From Opitutales bacterium (GTDB lineage: Bacteria; Verrucomicrobiota; Verrucomicrobiia; Opitutales; PNEW01), in assembly GCA_965219535.1 (NCBI GenBank), contig CBDCNV010000002.1:1920001-1952000 (forward strand): a DNA stretch of 32,000 nucleotides. The letters run 5' to 3'. Each line of letters starts with the position of its first letter. Position 1 is the first letter of the stretch. This document shows, one piece after another, positions 1-10,439 of this stretch. The position numbers and the translations under genes are program-made. The notes under the pieces are model-generated. The model made no database searches. It saw only the letters and a program-made list of their open reading frames with translations, and had not been told where the DNA came from.

Positions 1-414
1 CTCGAAGAAGCGATCAAACCCGCGATACCGAAAAATATCAATATAGATGAAGCCAATCGGCGTATATTCTTTGAAGTTTCTGAAGACGATCTTTCGGTGG
101 CAATTGGTCGGCGCGGACAAAACGCAAGACTCACATCCCGGTTGTTAGGGTGGAAGCTTGATATTTCAAAAGAACAAAAATTGGATGATGGCTTTGAGGC
201 ACGTGTTGAAGCCGCAGTTGCCGGTTGGCATGATGTATCCGGAATTTCCGATGAAACCGCACAAGGATTGGTTAATATGGGTATCGTCAGTCCCGAGGCA
301 TTTATCGGTGTAGAATTGAATGATCTTATCGACACCGGATTTAGCGAATCAGAAGCGAAGGAAATAATTGAAAAAGTTTCTGAATATCGTGAAACAAATA
401 AGATGACACAATAA
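1..414 (+). CDS. nusA: transcription termination/antitermination factor NusA, C-terminal part (5' end lies outside the window)
   Basis: Frame 1 is open from base 1 to the TAA at 412-414. The translation ...EVSEDDLSVAIGRRGQNARLTSRLLGWKLDI carries the KH-domain GRRGQN motif, followed by an HhH-like acidic C-terminal repeat. It sits directly upstream of infB, the conserved nusA-infB order. The M at 97 in the ORF track is an internal GTG. Confidence 0.85.
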   Translation, partial: LEEAIKPAIPKNINIDEANRRIFFEVSEDDLSVAIGRRGQNARLTSRLLGWKLDISKEQKLDDGFEARVEAAVAGWHDVSGISDETAQGLVNMGIVSPEAFIGVELNDLIDTGFSESEAKEIIEKVSEYRETNKMTQ

Positions 415-453
415 TTTCTGATTAACTGAATTAAGATAGATTAATTACATTAA

Positions 454-2751
454 ATGAGTATTCGTATTTACGAGCTTTCCAAAAAGATAGGAATGGAAAA
501 CAAGGAGTTAATCACTCTCTTGAATAAGCGCGGGCATGAGGTTAAAAGTGCTTCAAGTACCGTTGATAATATTTCTGCGGATAGCTTAATTGAAGAATAC
601 CAGAAATCAGCAGATAAAAATGTTATCGAATCGTCTCCAGTAAAGAAAGAGATGGTAAAAGAGACTTCAAAAGTCGCGGCTAAATCCAGTTTGCCCCAGG
701 GGGTGATAGTTAAGAGCAAGGAAGAAGTTGATCGTGAACGCGAAAAGAAAAATGACAGTGATAATTTAAGTGAAGTTAGTACCAAGATCGCGTCGCAACC
801 AAAATCATCGATTCCCGAGGAACCCGTAAGTGTGTCTGCTGTTAAGACCGGGGTGGAAAGTGACTTTAAATCTCAACAACCCATCAGTCCACCCATGCCC
901 GTTTTGCCACCGAGTGTTGTGAAGCAATCTGAACAGGATGGCAACGGCGAGGAGCAAGGGGGACACAGCGAGTTGCGGGTGTTACAGATTAAACCGCCTA
1001 TCGTTGTCCGTGATTTTGCGGTCCAGTTAGGGCTGAAACCCTTCCGCCTTATATCAGAACTCATGGAGATGAATATTTTCGCCTCGATGAATCAAGTAAT
1101 TGATGAGGATGTCGCGACTAAAATAGCGGAAAAGCACGGACATGCTCTAGAAGTACGCCACCGTGGTGAAGCACAGGACGTAGAAAAAGAAGTTGAAAAG
1201 GAAAAACCCAAAAAAGCGGACGAGAGTGAATTATTAGAACCTCGACCCGCTGTAGTTTGTATTTTGGGCCATGTTGATCATGGTAAAACAACCTTACTAG
1301 ATACGCTGCGCAAAAGTAATGTCGTCGCCGGTGAGGCTGGCGGCATTACACAACATATAGGTGCTTATCAGGTCGAAAATAAGGGGCACAAAATTACATT
1401 TATTGATACACCAGGGCATGCCGCCTTTTCCAACATGCGTTTGCGTGGAGCTAATACAACAGATATTTCCATTCTTGTTGTCGCTGCCGATGACGGGTTT
1501 ATGCCTCAAACTGATGAGGCCTTGGGTCACGCTAAAGCTGCGGGTGTTCCGATCATTGTAGCAATAAATAAAATCGATGTAAAAGGTGCCAATATCGACC
1601 GCGTTAAAACCCAGATGCAAGAGCGTGGTATAACTTCGGAAGATTGGGGGGGAGAGACAATCGCGGTATCTATTTCAGCCCTTAAAGGTGAGAATCTAGA
1701 TGAACTACTCGATATGATTTTGCTTCAGGCTGAAATAATGGAATTAAAAGCTAATCCGAAATGCCCTGCGGAAGGTGTTTTACTGGAATCACAAATGGAG
1801 CAAGGGCTGGGTCCAACCGCTTCACTCCTTATCGAAAAAGGCACAATCAAAGTCGGTGATTCGATTATCTGTGGTTCCTATTATTGTAAGTTACGTGCAA
1901 TGACCAATGACCAGGGTCAAAATATAAAAAGTGCGGGGCCCGCCACTCCGGTTAAAGGTATTGGATGGTCGGGAGCACCAGAGTCGGGTTCTGGTTTTAA
2001 AACCGTTAAGAATGAAAAAGATGCTAAGCGCGAAGCTGAGGTCTACGCAATCGCACTCAAAAAAGTAGATCCTGATAATATACCTCTAGATGAACCCGCA
2101 TCGGTTGAAAATCTCTTCGCTGCCATTGCCCAGACGCAGAAGAAAACTTTCCGGATCGTAGTAAAGGCTGATGTATTTGGAACTGCGGAAGCGCTTGCCA
2201 ACAGCTTAAACGAAATTCAGAGCGAAAAAGTGGATATTGATATCGTTCAGGTTGCGGTGGGGTCAATAAGTAAAAGTGATGTTCTCATGGCAAGCGCAGC
2301 TGAAGCTGCCATTGTTGGATTTAACGTGAGCATGGAGAACGGAGTTTCAAGTTTTGCCAAACATCACAATATTGTAATTTACATCCATGATGTCATCTAT
2401 GAATTAATAGATTTGGTTAAGGAATCAATGGTTGATATCCTTGAGCCCGAATTGCGCGAAAATAAAGTGGGTGCCGCCGAGGTGAGGCAAGTATTCCCTG
2501 TTGCAAAAGGCGCTGTTGCTGGATGTCTAGTTACCGAGGGAAGCATTGTGCGCGATAGTACTGTCCGTCTTCTCCGTAATGGGAATGTTGAAATTGAAAG
2601 TAAAATTGACACCCTCAAACGTTTTAAAGATGACGCCACTCAGGTACGTGCCGGCTTCGAATGTGGAATTGGACTTATCGGATATTCGGACTATAAAGAA
2701 GGCGATATTATCGAGTGTTTCGAGATTGAAAAAATAAGGGCCTCGCTTTGA
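454..2751 (+). CDS. infB: translation initiation factor IF-2
   Basis: 765 aa. IF2_N-like start MSIRIYELSKKIGMENKELITLL. GTPase motifs GHVDHGKTTLLD, DTPGH, NKID. C-terminal IF2 domains. nusA-infB-rbfA-truB context. Confidence 0.97.
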   Translation: MSIRIYELSKKIGMENKELITLLNKRGHEVKSASSTVDNISADSLIEEYQKSADKNVIESSPVKKEMVKETSKVAAKSSLPQGVIVKSKEEVDREREKKNDSDNLSEVSTKIASQPKSSIPEEPVSVSAVKTGVESDFKSQQPISPPMPVLPPSVVKQSEQDGNGEEQGGHSELRVLQIKPPIVVRDFAVQLGLKPFRLISELMEMNIFASMNQVIDEDVATKIAEKHGHALEVRHRGEAQDVEKEVEKEKPKKADESELLEPRPAVVCILGHVDHGKTTLLDTLRKSNVVAGEAGGITQHIGAYQVENKGHKITFIDTPGHAAFSNMRLRGANTTDISILVVAADDGFMPQTDEALGHAKAAGVPIIVAINKIDVKGANIDRVKTQMQERGITSEDWGGETIAVSISALKGENLDELLDMILLQAEIMELKANPKCPAEGVLLESQMEQGLGPTASLLIEKGTIKVGDSIICGSYYCKLRAMTNDQGQNIKSAGPATPVKGIGWSGAPESGSGFKTVKNEKDAKREAEVYAIALKKVDPDNIPLDEPASVENLFAAIAQTQKKTFRIVVKADVFGTAEALANSLNEIQSEKVDIDIVQVAVGSISKSDVLMASAAEAAIVGFNVSMENGVSSFAKHHNIVIYIHDVIYELIDLVKESMVDILEPELRENKVGAAEVRQVFPVAKGAVAGCLVTEGSIVRDSTVRLLRNGNVEIESKIDTLKRFKDDATQVRAGFECGIGLIGYSDYKEGDIIECFEIEKIRASL

Positions 2752-2833
2752 AATAAGTCCAGGGTTAAGAGGTTTTTCAATCATCATTGATGGTATTGAA
2801 ATCAACGATTCTCGTTGAAAATGTAAATATCTA

Positions 2834-3181
2834 ATGGGCCAACGTGTAGTTCGAGTTAATGAATTAGTTAAGCGGGAAATCAGCGATGTCCTGCATACGC
2901 GATTTCAAACTGAAGCGGTGTATATCACAATAACCGAAGTTGCAGTATCCCCTGATCTCAGACATGCACGCGTTTACTATTCAGTTCTTGGTAGAGAAGA
3001 TGAGAGACAGCGGGCTGAGCGTTTTCTTTCAGGGCATGCGCCTGAAATTCGACGTCAGATTGGAAAAAGAATTATTCTGAAATATCTGCCCTCCCTGGAA
3101 TTTATCTCAGATCACTCAATCGAGCGAGGGACTCGGTTGAATGCACTTCTTGACGACCTTGCCCCAGAGGATGAATTATAA
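2834..3181 (+). CDS. rbfA: ribosome-binding factor A
   Basis: 115 aa. N-terminus RVVRVNELVKREISDVL is typical of RbfA. Conserved position between infB and truB. Confidence 0.9.
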   Translation: MGQRVVRVNELVKREISDVLHTRFQTEAVYITITEVAVSPDLRHARVYYSVLGREDERQRAERFLSGHAPEIRRQIGKRIILKYLPSLEFISDHSIERGTRLNALLDDLAPEDEL

Positions 3182-3225
3182 TACTTTTTACGCCTGAATA
3201 AACTTTCCTGGACCTATTTAAAATC

Positions 3226-3951
3226 ATGGCTTCTTCACCATCCTCGATTGAAGGAATACTGCTAATCGATAAACCTCAGGGTATTACTTCGCACGATGTT
3301 GTCGATAGAGTGCGTCATACTATAAAGCTGAAAAAGGTTGGTCACGCGGGGACTCTAGACCCGATGGCAACAGGTCTTCTTATCATTCTCGTGGGCAAAG
3401 CGACTAAGCTTTCACAATACCTGATGGGGCTCGACAAAACCTACGAGGGAACAATATTGTTAGGACAATCAACCGATTCACACGATGCCGAAGGCGTAGT
3501 AACGGAGATTACCCCCGTTCCGCCATTGAGTGAAGAAGAAGTGTCGGCTTTCATGGATACCTATCTCGGGGATCAATATCAAACTCCTCCGATGTTCTCT
3601 GCGAAGAAAATTGACGGTAAACCACTTTATAAACTGGCCCGGAAAGGGAAGACGGTCGAACGTGAACCGCGTTTTATACGGGTAAATTCCTTCCAATTAT
3701 TACGTTGGGATTCCCCAGAGATTGACTTTACTATAGCGTGCAGTAAAGGCACCTATGTGCGTACTCTGGCTAATGATTTGGGTAAACAAATCGGCTGTGG
3801 CGCCCATCTCACAAAACTAAGCAGAACAGCAATTGAAAAATTTCATCTCCAAGGGGCAACACCATTGGCACAATTCGAAGTCATGTCTCTTGAAGAGATA
3901 CAGCGTATGCTGATTCCCAGTTACCAGGCGGTACCCAGTCATATTTTGTGA
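3226..3951 (+). CDS. truB: tRNA pseudouridine(55) synthase
   Basis: 241 aa. [15 protein letters not shown] and the catalytic-Asp motif [14 protein letters not shown]. The stop overlaps the ribF GTG start (GTGA at 3948-3951). Confidence 0.95.
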   Translation: MASSPSSIEGILLIDKPQGITSHDVVDRVRHTIKLKKVGHAGTLDPMATGLLIILVGKATKLSQYLMGLDKTYEGTILLGQSTDSHDAEGVVTEITPVPPLSEEEVSAFMDTYLGDQYQTPPMFSAKKIDGKPLYKLARKGKTVEREPRFIRVNSFQLLRWDSPEIDFTIACSKGTYVRTLANDLGKQIGCGAHLTKLSRTAIEKFHLQGATPLAQFEVMSLEEIQRMLIPSYQAVPSHIL

Positions 3952-4895
3952 ATCTTCCAGCAACAGTTGACAGTTTTGAGTTAGTAGAACTGGAGGGTAA
4001 GTCATTGCACTTAGCTATTGGTATTTTTGATGGCGTGCATTTAGGTCATCAGGAAATTATCAATGCCGCTATTAAGACAGCGCGCAATGATAACACGGTA
4101 TCCGGAGTTCTCACCTTTAACCCTCATCCCAGCCAGATCTTAAATCCTGAACACTCTATTTCTCTTCTCATGAATCAGAATGTGAAGACGAAATTATTCA
4201 TTGAATCAGGTATCGATCTGATAATCCAAAAACCATTCACGATTGAGTTTGCGGCTATAAAAGCTAATGAATTTATAGCATATTTAAATCGATCTCTACC
4301 CACCCTTAAGGCAATCTATGTGGGAGAAAACTTTCGCTTTGGTCAGGGGAGAGAGGGCGAGGCGGGGATGCTTGTTCGTGATGCTCAAGAACAAGACATT
4401 CAAGTGTTTATCAGCAAAAGAATGAAACGAAACGGGGTTAATATCAGCAGTACTCTCATACGGAAAAAATTAATTGAAGGTCAGATTGAAGAGGCAAACG
4501 CGATGCTTGGTTATCCGTATTTCAGTTATGGGCAAATCGAGCGTGGGCAAAAAATTGGACGGAAAATGGGTTTCCCAACAATTAATCTTTCCTGGCAGCC
4601 TGAATTAAAGCCTCGCTACGGCGTTTATGCAGTAAAAGTGCGTCCTGATGGTGAATCCATTAGTTGGGATGGAGTCGCTAACTATGGAGTAAGACCTACT
4701 TTTTCCAATGATCAGGACCCAGTACTGGAGGTGCATTTATTAAAGGACTGTTCGCTTAATCCTGGTGACGCAATTACCGTCGACTGGTATGCTTTTATTA
4801 GGTCTGAAGAGAAGTTTGCTTCCGATGATGAACTAAAAAAGCAAATCGCAGTTGACAAAATTAATGCAGAAAATTTTCTTGCAACAATTGATTAG
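3948..4895 (+). CDS. ribF: bifunctional riboflavin kinase / FMN adenylyltransferase
   Basis: 315 aa. N-terminal adenylyltransferase motif [12 protein letters not shown]-terminal riboflavin kinase motif [14 protein letters not shown] start overlaps the truB stop. Confidence 0.93.
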   Translation: MNLPATVDSFELVELEGKSLHLAIGIFDGVHLGHQEIINAAIKTARNDNTVSGVLTFNPHPSQILNPEHSISLLMNQNVKTKLFIESGIDLIIQKPFTIEFAAIKANEFIAYLNRSLPTLKAIYVGENFRFGQGREGEAGMLVRDAQEQDIQVFISKRMKRNGVNISSTLIRKKLIEGQIEEANAMLGYPYFSYGQIERGQKIGRKMGFPTINLSWQPELKPRYGVYAVKVRPDGESISWDGVANYGVRPTFSNDQDPVLEVHLLKDCSLNPGDAITVDWYAFIRSEEKFASDDELKKQIAVDKINAENFLATID

Positions 4896-4967
4896 TGTCG
4901 AAACTGATACGATAGGAGAGAATTGAGAATTTAAATATAATTAAGATAATATAAATAAAATAGTAAT

Positions 4968-5717
4968 ATGAGTAAGCTACGTGTTCTTATTTGGAATGAA
5001 TTTGTTCATGAAAATGTTCATGAGAAGGTAAAATCGATCTATCCACAGGGCATTCATGAAACAATTAAGGCTGAATTATGCTTGTGCGACAGTGATTTGC
5101 AATTATCGACCGCCACCCTGGAGGAACCTGAGCACGGGTTGACAGATTCAGTTTTAGCCGAAACGGATGTGCTTATATGGTGGGGACACATGGCTCATAA
5201 TAAAGTTGAGGATACGATTGCGAAACGCGTGCAATTACGTGTGCTTCAAGGGATGGGGTTTATTGCCCTTCATTCCGCCCACTTTTCAAAGGTTTTCAAG
5301 TCCCTCATGGGCACCACCTGCGATTTAAAGTATCGTGAAGCAGGTGAAAAGGAGAGGCTTTGGGTATGCAATCCTGGCCACCCGATTACCGAAGGGATCG
5401 ATGACTGTTTGGAAATTGAAAATACCGAAATGTATGGAGAGCCTTTTGATATTCCACCACCCGACGAGCAAGTTTTTATTTCATGGTTTGAAGGGGGAGA
5501 GGTATTTCGCAGTGGCAATTGTTGGCGGCGCGGTAATGGAAAAATTTTCTATTTCCGACCCGGTCATGAAACTTACCCTATATTTTATAATAAGGCGGTA
5601 ATTCAAGTAATATACAATGCGATTAAATGGGCCGCTCCACAGGGACTATGGCTTAGTTCATTGGCGAATGTTCCTATCGATCAAGCGCGTGAAAAGATCG
5701 AACAAAAGGGGGATTAA
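4968..5717 (+). CDS. ThuA-like (trehalose-utilisation family) protein, class-I glutamine amidotransferase-like fold
   Basis: 249 aa. The N-terminus [29 protein letters not shown] and [15 protein letters not shown] resemble ThuA-domain proteins as I remember them. AT-rich upstream region. Confidence 0.75.
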   Translation: MSKLRVLIWNEFVHENVHEKVKSIYPQGIHETIKAELCLCDSDLQLSTATLEEPEHGLTDSVLAETDVLIWWGHMAHNKVEDTIAKRVQLRVLQGMGFIALHSAHFSKVFKSLMGTTCDLKYREAGEKERLWVCNPGHPITEGIDDCLEIENTEMYGEPFDIPPPDEQVFISWFEGGEVFRSGNCWRRGNGKIFYFRPGHETYPIFYNKAVIQVIYNAIKWAAPQGLWLSSLANVPIDQAREKIEQKGD

Positions 5718-5766
5718 TTGATTTTAAAGTTTTGCTAAACGATAGGGTGCTTAATGGGATATGCAC

Positions 5767-5997
5767 TAAGATAGATAATGTAGCTTCGTCTTCGTCTGCC
5801 TCTTCGTCTTACATTTATTAAATGAAATTTTATGGTGAAACGCGCTGTCCCTAGCTCGTTTAATTAAGACGTAATTGAAGAAGCGTGCGATGAATCAACC
5901 TTCGCAGTTCAATTAAAGGTTTAGCGGTTAGTCAGCCTGATTCTGCCGACGAAGACGAAGAGATAGACGAAGACGAAGATTGTCTAAACCCATCTTA
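5767..5997. repeat. long imperfect inverted repeat / hairpin with hexamer-repeat arms enclosing a 141-nt segment
   Basis: 5784-5810 (cttcgtcttcgtctgcctcttcgtctt) is the reverse complement of 5952-5978 (aagacgaagagatagacgaagacgaag), apart from one G-T and one C-A position. Outer complementary blocks are 5773-5779/5979-5985 and 5767-5772/5992-5997. It lies between two convergent stop codons (5717 and 6027). Confidence 0.7.
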
Positions 5998-6026
5998 ACT
6001 TGGTACCACTTAAATCTAATTCCCAA

Positions 6027-7013
6027 TTAGAAATATTTGACATAGGCATCTCTGCGAAGGCGTTCAATCCATACTTTATGAGAATAGCGAGCAATTTGAT
6101 TCACGATAATGCCTTCAATATTATCTCTAACTTGTGAAAGTGGCTGTATGGTTTCATCTTTTTTATTTTCCACGTAAAGGATGAATATTTGATTGCCTAG
6201 GAGAATGGGGTCACTGTGTCCACGGGGATTTAATTCAAACGCGACTTCACTTAACTCTTCACGCAGATCGGCACGCTTTATCCAACCCCAGTCGCCCCCG
6301 CGATCACGCCTTGAGTCCTGACTATACCTTGCCGCGAGATCGGTGAAATTTTCACCATTTTCTAATTCAACGATTATGTTTTCTGCAGTTTGACGAAGAA
6401 GGTCAGGGCTTTCATCGGCAAAAGGCTTAAGCATGATCAATCGAAGATTGAGACTCTCTTCGATGTAAAATAGAATCTTATTTTCTTTATAGAAACCTTC
6501 AATTTTTTCCGGGCTTACTTCCGATTGTGATTTACGCATTTCCCCGCGCATGGAACTTACTATAATTCGTTCTTCCAAATCTCTGCGAAACTCTCGCATT
6601 GTCTTCCCCTGTGATTTTACATGCTCGAGAAATGTATGCCGATCATTGTTGAAATCTTCGATTAACATTCTATCGAGTTCATTTTCAATTACCGACTGCG
6701 GTATCGCCAGTTCTTTCTTAGCAAAGGCGTTTACTATTAATACATGATCGATCAGGTTTTGAAGTATTTCGAGATAGAGTTGAGACATCTTGTTAGAAAA
6801 TTCATCCTCAGACCGTGATTCTCCTCGAATTTGCGGAATAAGAGGTGACATTTCTCGTCTTAACTCTTCGAAAGTTATAATCTTCTCTTCTACTACAACG
6901 GCAATGCCGTTTTCGTAGGGCGGTACCCAAATAGGGTGAATGCGTTGTGCTGCCACGGGCAGTCCATAAAAAATAAGAGAGAGAAGAACTAAGCGAACAA
7001 TGAGGGTCTTCAT
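6027..7013 (-). CDS. SurA/PpiD-like periplasmic chaperone with parvulin-type peptidyl-prolyl isomerase domain
   Basis: 328 aa. N-terminal signal-like MKTLIVRLVLLSLIFYGLPVAAQ, a SurA_N-like helical region, and a C-terminal rotamase-like segment ...FTDLAARYSQDSRRDRGGDWGWI...FELNPRGHSDPI. Starts 9 nt downstream of the mfd stop. Confidence 0.8.
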   Translation of the reverse strand: MKTLIVRLVLLSLIFYGLPVAAQRIHPIWVPPYENGIAVVVEEKIITFEELRREMSPLIPQIRGESRSEDEFSNKMSQLYLEILQNLIDHVLIVNAFAKKELAIPQSVIENELDRMLIEDFNNDRHTFLEHVKSQGKTMREFRRDLEERIIVSSMRGEMRKSQSEVSPEKIEGFYKENKILFYIEESLNLRLIMLKPFADESPDLLRQTAENIIVELENGENFTDLAARYSQDSRRDRGGDWGWIKRADLREELSEVAFELNPRGHSDPILLGNQIFILYVENKKDETIQPLSQVRDNIEGIIVNQIARYSHKVWIERLRRDAYVKYF

Positions 7014-7022
7014 AGCAGTAAC

Positions 7023-10000
7023 TCAAGGAAGTCGTTTAACGAGGAATGATCTGATTTCTTTTAATCTTGGTAGTGGATTTTTTGTCTTTAATCTAGGGAA
7101 ACGATTCCCAATTTTAATAAAGTTATTACTCTTTCCGGTAGCGAGTAAACACTTTAATCGATCCCCTTCAGTTTCGACTGTGAGTATGCCTTCTAGTTCC
7201 GCTAAAATCCGTATTTCAGTGATTAAAAGAAGAGCTTCCACCGCTTGAGGGATTGGTCCGAACCTGTCATTCAGGGTATCAATGATTTCCACAATTGTCT
7301 TCTGGGAATCAGCGAGTGCCAAGCGCCGATAGATATCAATTCTCAGACGTGTTTCGGAGATATATTCTCTAGGGATAAAAGCGGTAATAGACGGAATGCG
7401 GGTGAGTTTTAGTTCTTCGTTTTTGAGTACCTCGAATCCATCTTTAACCGTATCATAACTGTTTTGAACGCCATCTCCAATAATGACAAAATCAAGTCGC
7501 AATCCGGCACGAATATGCTGGGCTGAATTTTCTCCTTTAAGGCGGGAGATGCTTTGGCGCAGAAGCTGGCAGTAGAGTTCAAATCCAACTCCAGCAATAT
7601 GACCACTTTGTTGTGAGCCAAGTAGGTTTCCAGCCCCTCTAAGTTCCAGATCTCTCATCGCGATTTTAAATCCTGCTCCCAGTTGTTTGTATTGGCGTAT
7701 TGCCGATAGCCGCTTGCGGGCTTGATCCTCTAAATGTGTTTTTCGGTGGAGCAGAAGGTAAGCATAAGCCTGTTGTTTAAATCGTCCCACGCGGCCTCGA
7801 AGCTGGTATAACTGGGAAAGACCAAAGCGATCGGCACCTTCTATGATGATGGTATTGCAGTTCGGTATATCCAAACCGGATTCAATGATGGTGGTACAAA
7901 CAAGAACATCGAACTCACCGGCTACAAATCTGGTCATTATATCTTCCAACTCGTGTTCTGGCATTTGGCCATGACCTATAGCGATCCTGATGTCAGGCAA
8001 CATCTCCTGCAGGTGTTTTGCTACAGATAGAATCGTAGTTACGCGGTTGTGCAAATAAAAAACCTGACCGCCCCTGGTTATTTCAAATTCGATAGCATCT
8101 ATTACTAGATCGAGACTATAATTTTTTACCAGGGTTTGAATGGGAAGACGATCGACAGGTGGGGTTTCAATCACGCTTAAATCTCTCGCTCCCATGAGTG
8201 CGAGATAGAGCGTGCGAGGTATTGGCGTAGCACTCATTGCGATTACATCAACGCACTCTCGCAATCGCTTTAGTTTTTCTTTGTGCTTTAGACCAAAACG
8301 GTGCTCTTCGTCGATAATCAATAGACCAAGATCACGAAAATCTACATCGCCGCTTAATAGGCGATGAGTGCCAATTAGAATGTCAACTTTCCCTTCACTA
8401 ACCTGACGAAGGATTGTTTTCTGCTGTTGTTGAGTGCGAAATCTACTTAGCATTTCAACGACTACTGGGTAGTCAGCCATTCGTTCACGAAAGGTATTAA
8501 AATGTTGCTGGGCTAATACGGTGGTGGGGACAAGAATGGTCACCTGTTTATCATCCATCACCGCCTTGAATGCTGCGCGCAATGCGACTTCAGTCTTTCC
8601 GTAGCCAACATCACCACAGATCAGACGATCGGTGGGCTGGGTTTTTTCCATGTCGTCTTTTACCGTTTTTATCGTGACTAGCTGATCCTTAGTCTCTTGG
8701 TAGATAAAGGAATTTTCGAATTCTCTCTGCCATTCGACGTCGATGCCAAAGGCATGCCCCTTTTCATGACTCCGTGTTGCTTGAAGGCTGAGTAACTCCG
8801 CGGCGAAATCGAGGGTTGCTCTTTCCGCTGCCTGGCGTGTCTTTTCCCATCGGGATGTTCCAATACGCCCCAAGTTTGGTTGTATTTTGGAAAGACCGAC
8901 ATAGCGAGATAGAAGATGGGATTCATGGAGTGGAAGATGTAAAATAATTCCATCATCAAATTCCAGAGATATGACTTCCTCTTTTTTATTTCCCAGATCC
9001 ATTTGCGTAACACCTCGATAGATGCATACACCATTTTGAAGATGGACGAGATTATCTCCCTCGGACAATTCAGAAAAATCAAGAAGTTGATCTACATGCG
9101 CTCGCATGGGGAGCAATCGCTTCCGCGTTCCCACTACACGCGTGCGGTAGCGTCCAAAAATTTCGCTGTCTGTTACAACTACGATACCACTGCTACCTAA
9201 AGATGTATCCCAGTCAATATCCAGGCCACCAGACTCATTGGTAAATATAAAACCCTGATGAAAATTACCTCTAAAATACCTGGGCTTGAGGGCAGATAAT
9301 TCAGCATCGGCAGTTAATATCTCCTGCAAGCGTTTTTCTTCACCTTCGTTTTTAACAATAAAATACAGGGCATATCCATCCTCTTGCCATTGAAGGATCT
9401 GAATTAGAAATAAACGTCTCGCCTCTTGTTCACTTTGCACACGGTCGAGGCCAAATTCTCCAACGACGGCGAGGTTTCGATAGTTGCTCAACGGTTCTGA
9501 TGAGCTCATTTTACTTTCGCAATCGGGTCCGAAAACAGGATTTTCGGTATCGAGTTCAGCAAGGGAGAACCAGCTATCGGGAAATGCGTCACGACGATCA
9601 AACAGATCTTGAAAAGTCGGTAGGGAGGAAGGGATGCGTTCCGGAATATTGAAGAGCGATGGGAACTGATCCTTAAGAATTGTCGGTTCCCAGAATATCC
9701 AGTTTACTTTATCACCGAGGTAATCGAAAATATAATGTTCTCGCAGCTGAGATTTATTCAGAGACAGAGCAACAATAGCTATGGCGTTAGTTTTTCTTAT
9801 CGATCGCTGTGTTGTCGGATCGAAAACTCTGATTTCGTCGATTTCATCGCCAAAGAAATCTATGCGGTAGGGTGCCGATGCATTGATCGGATATACATCC
9901 AGTATACCGCCCCGCACCGCATACTGACCCGGTGATTCACAAAGAGCTTCGCAATCATAGTGCAGTTCATTTCCAAGCTTTTCAGCCAATGCTCGAAAAG

Positions 10001-10439
10001 GGCACATATCACCAACGGCTAGACGAATTTCGCTGGCCTTTAGATTCTTTCGGGCGGGAGAAGCCTGATAAAACCCCCTCGGTGTAGTTATAACGACTAA
10101 ACGTTCATTGCTCAGAGGCAGGTCTCGAAAATCATTGAGGCTTGAAAGGGTGGCAAGTCGGTCAAACTCAAGATCTATTGATTTAAATTCATCGTCATCG
10201 TTTTCTGGCACAGCGGGAAGTACTTTAATTTTCAGATGAAGCCCGTGATCCTGTAGTTGATTGGTAAATTCAATATCTTCTGTCCATTGATCAGCAGTTT
10301 TTTCATTCTTAACGAATATAATGCTCACAGGTGAGGAATGCTTTTTAATGATGTATTCACATACCATTGGGGCAAATGCTTCTGTTATACCACTCAGACA
10401 AAGGGCTGATTTGGACTGTATAAGCGTGGCAGATTTCAT
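7023..10439 (-). CDS. mfd: transcription-repair coupling factor
   Basis: 1138 aa. UvrB-homology N-terminus, a CarD-like region, superfamily-2 helicase motifs GDVGYGKTEVA and DEEHRFG, and a TRCF C-terminal domain. Its start overlaps the rnc stop by 4 nt. Confidence 0.97.
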   Translation of the reverse strand: MKSATLIQSKSALCLSGITEAFAPMVCEYIIKKHSSPVSIIFVKNEKTADQWTEDIEFTNQLQDHGLHLKIKVLPAVPENDDDEFKSIDLEFDRLATLSSLNDFRDLPLSNERLVVITTPRGFYQASPARKNLKASEIRLAVGDMCPFRALAEKLGNELHYDCEALCESPGQYAVRGGILDVYPINASAPYRIDFFGDEIDEIRVFDPTTQRSIRKTNAIAIVALSLNKSQLREHYIFDYLGDKVNWIFWEPTILKDQFPSLFNIPERIPSSLPTFQDLFDRRDAFPDSWFSLAELDTENPVFGPDCESKMSSSEPLSNYRNLAVVGEFGLDRVQSEQEARRLFLIQILQWQEDGYALYFIVKNEGEEKRLQEILTADAELSALKPRYFRGNFHQGFIFTNESGGLDIDWDTSLGSSGIVVVTDSEIFGRYRTRVVGTRKRLLPMRAHVDQLLDFSELSEGDNLVHLQNGVCIYRGVTQMDLGNKKEEVISLEFDDGIILHLPLHESHLLSRYVGLSKIQPNLGRIGTSRWEKTRQAAERATLDFAAELLSLQATRSHEKGHAFGIDVEWQREFENSFIYQETKDQLVTIKTVKDDMEKTQPTDRLICGDVGYGKTEVALRAAFKAVMDDKQVTILVPTTVLAQQHFNTFRERMADYPVVVEMLSRFRTQQQQKTILRQVSEGKVDILIGTHRLLSGDVDFRDLGLLIIDEEHRFGLKHKEKLKRLRECVDVIAMSATPIPRTLYLALMGARDLSVIETPPVDRLPIQTLVKNYSLDLVIDAIEFEITRGGQVFYLHNRVTTILSVAKHLQEMLPDIRIAIGHGQMPEHELEDIMTRFVAGEFDVLVCTTIIESGLDIPNCNTIIIEGADRFGLSQLYQLRGRVGRFKQQAYAYLLLHRKTHLEDQARKRLSAIRQYKQLGAGFKIAMRDLELRGAGNLLGSQQSGHIAGVGFELYCQLLRQSISRLKGENSAQHIRAGLRLDFVIIGDGVQNSYDTVKDGFEVLKNEELKLTRIPSITAFIPREYISETRLRIDIYRRLALADSQKTIVEIIDTLNDRFGPIPQAVEALLLITEIRILAELEGILTVETEGDRLKCLLATGKSNNFIKIGNRFPRLKTKNPLPRLKEIRSFLVKRLP

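Noticed and set aside
468-2805. Several 60-107 aa ORFs antisense to or out of frame within infB (468-785, 873-1064, 1297-1620, 1361-1561, 2057-2266, 2397-2639, 2527-2805, 2546-2737).
   Set aside because: They lie entirely within a strongly supported conserved CDS, have low-complexity or odd composition, and show no recognisable motifs. They are typical shadow ORFs. The same applies to the short ORFs nested in truB, ThuA-like, surA-like, mfd, rnc, parA, the esterase, the ABC gene, the nucleotidyltransferase gene, ffh, tadA, infA and the peptidase gene.
5036-5048. DnaA-box-like ctatccaca inside the ThuA-like gene, and a search for parS near parA.
   Set aside because: It is a single 8-of-9 match inside a coding region with no clustering. 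No parS-like palindrome was found, so nothing suggests an origin region.
5928-5993. 21-codon minus-strand ORF (MGLDNLRLRLSLRLRRQNQAD) inside the right hairpin arm, and an acidic DEDEEIDEDED reading on the plus strand.
   Set aside because: Both are automatic consequences of translating the GACGAA/CTTCGT hexamer repeat. There is no ribosome-binding site, the plus-strand reading has no start codon, and the location is 3' of both flanking genes.
5767-5997. Retron msr/msd, 6S RNA or SRP RNA identity for the long hairpin.
   Set aside because: No reverse transcriptase gene is nearby. The conserved SRP domain IV sequence (GGAA tetraloop with flanking AGCA/GGAAG-type motifs) is absent. The closing stem is far more perfect, and the core less structured, than I would expect for 6S RNA. 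These identities are unsupported, though not formally excluded without covariance-model searches.
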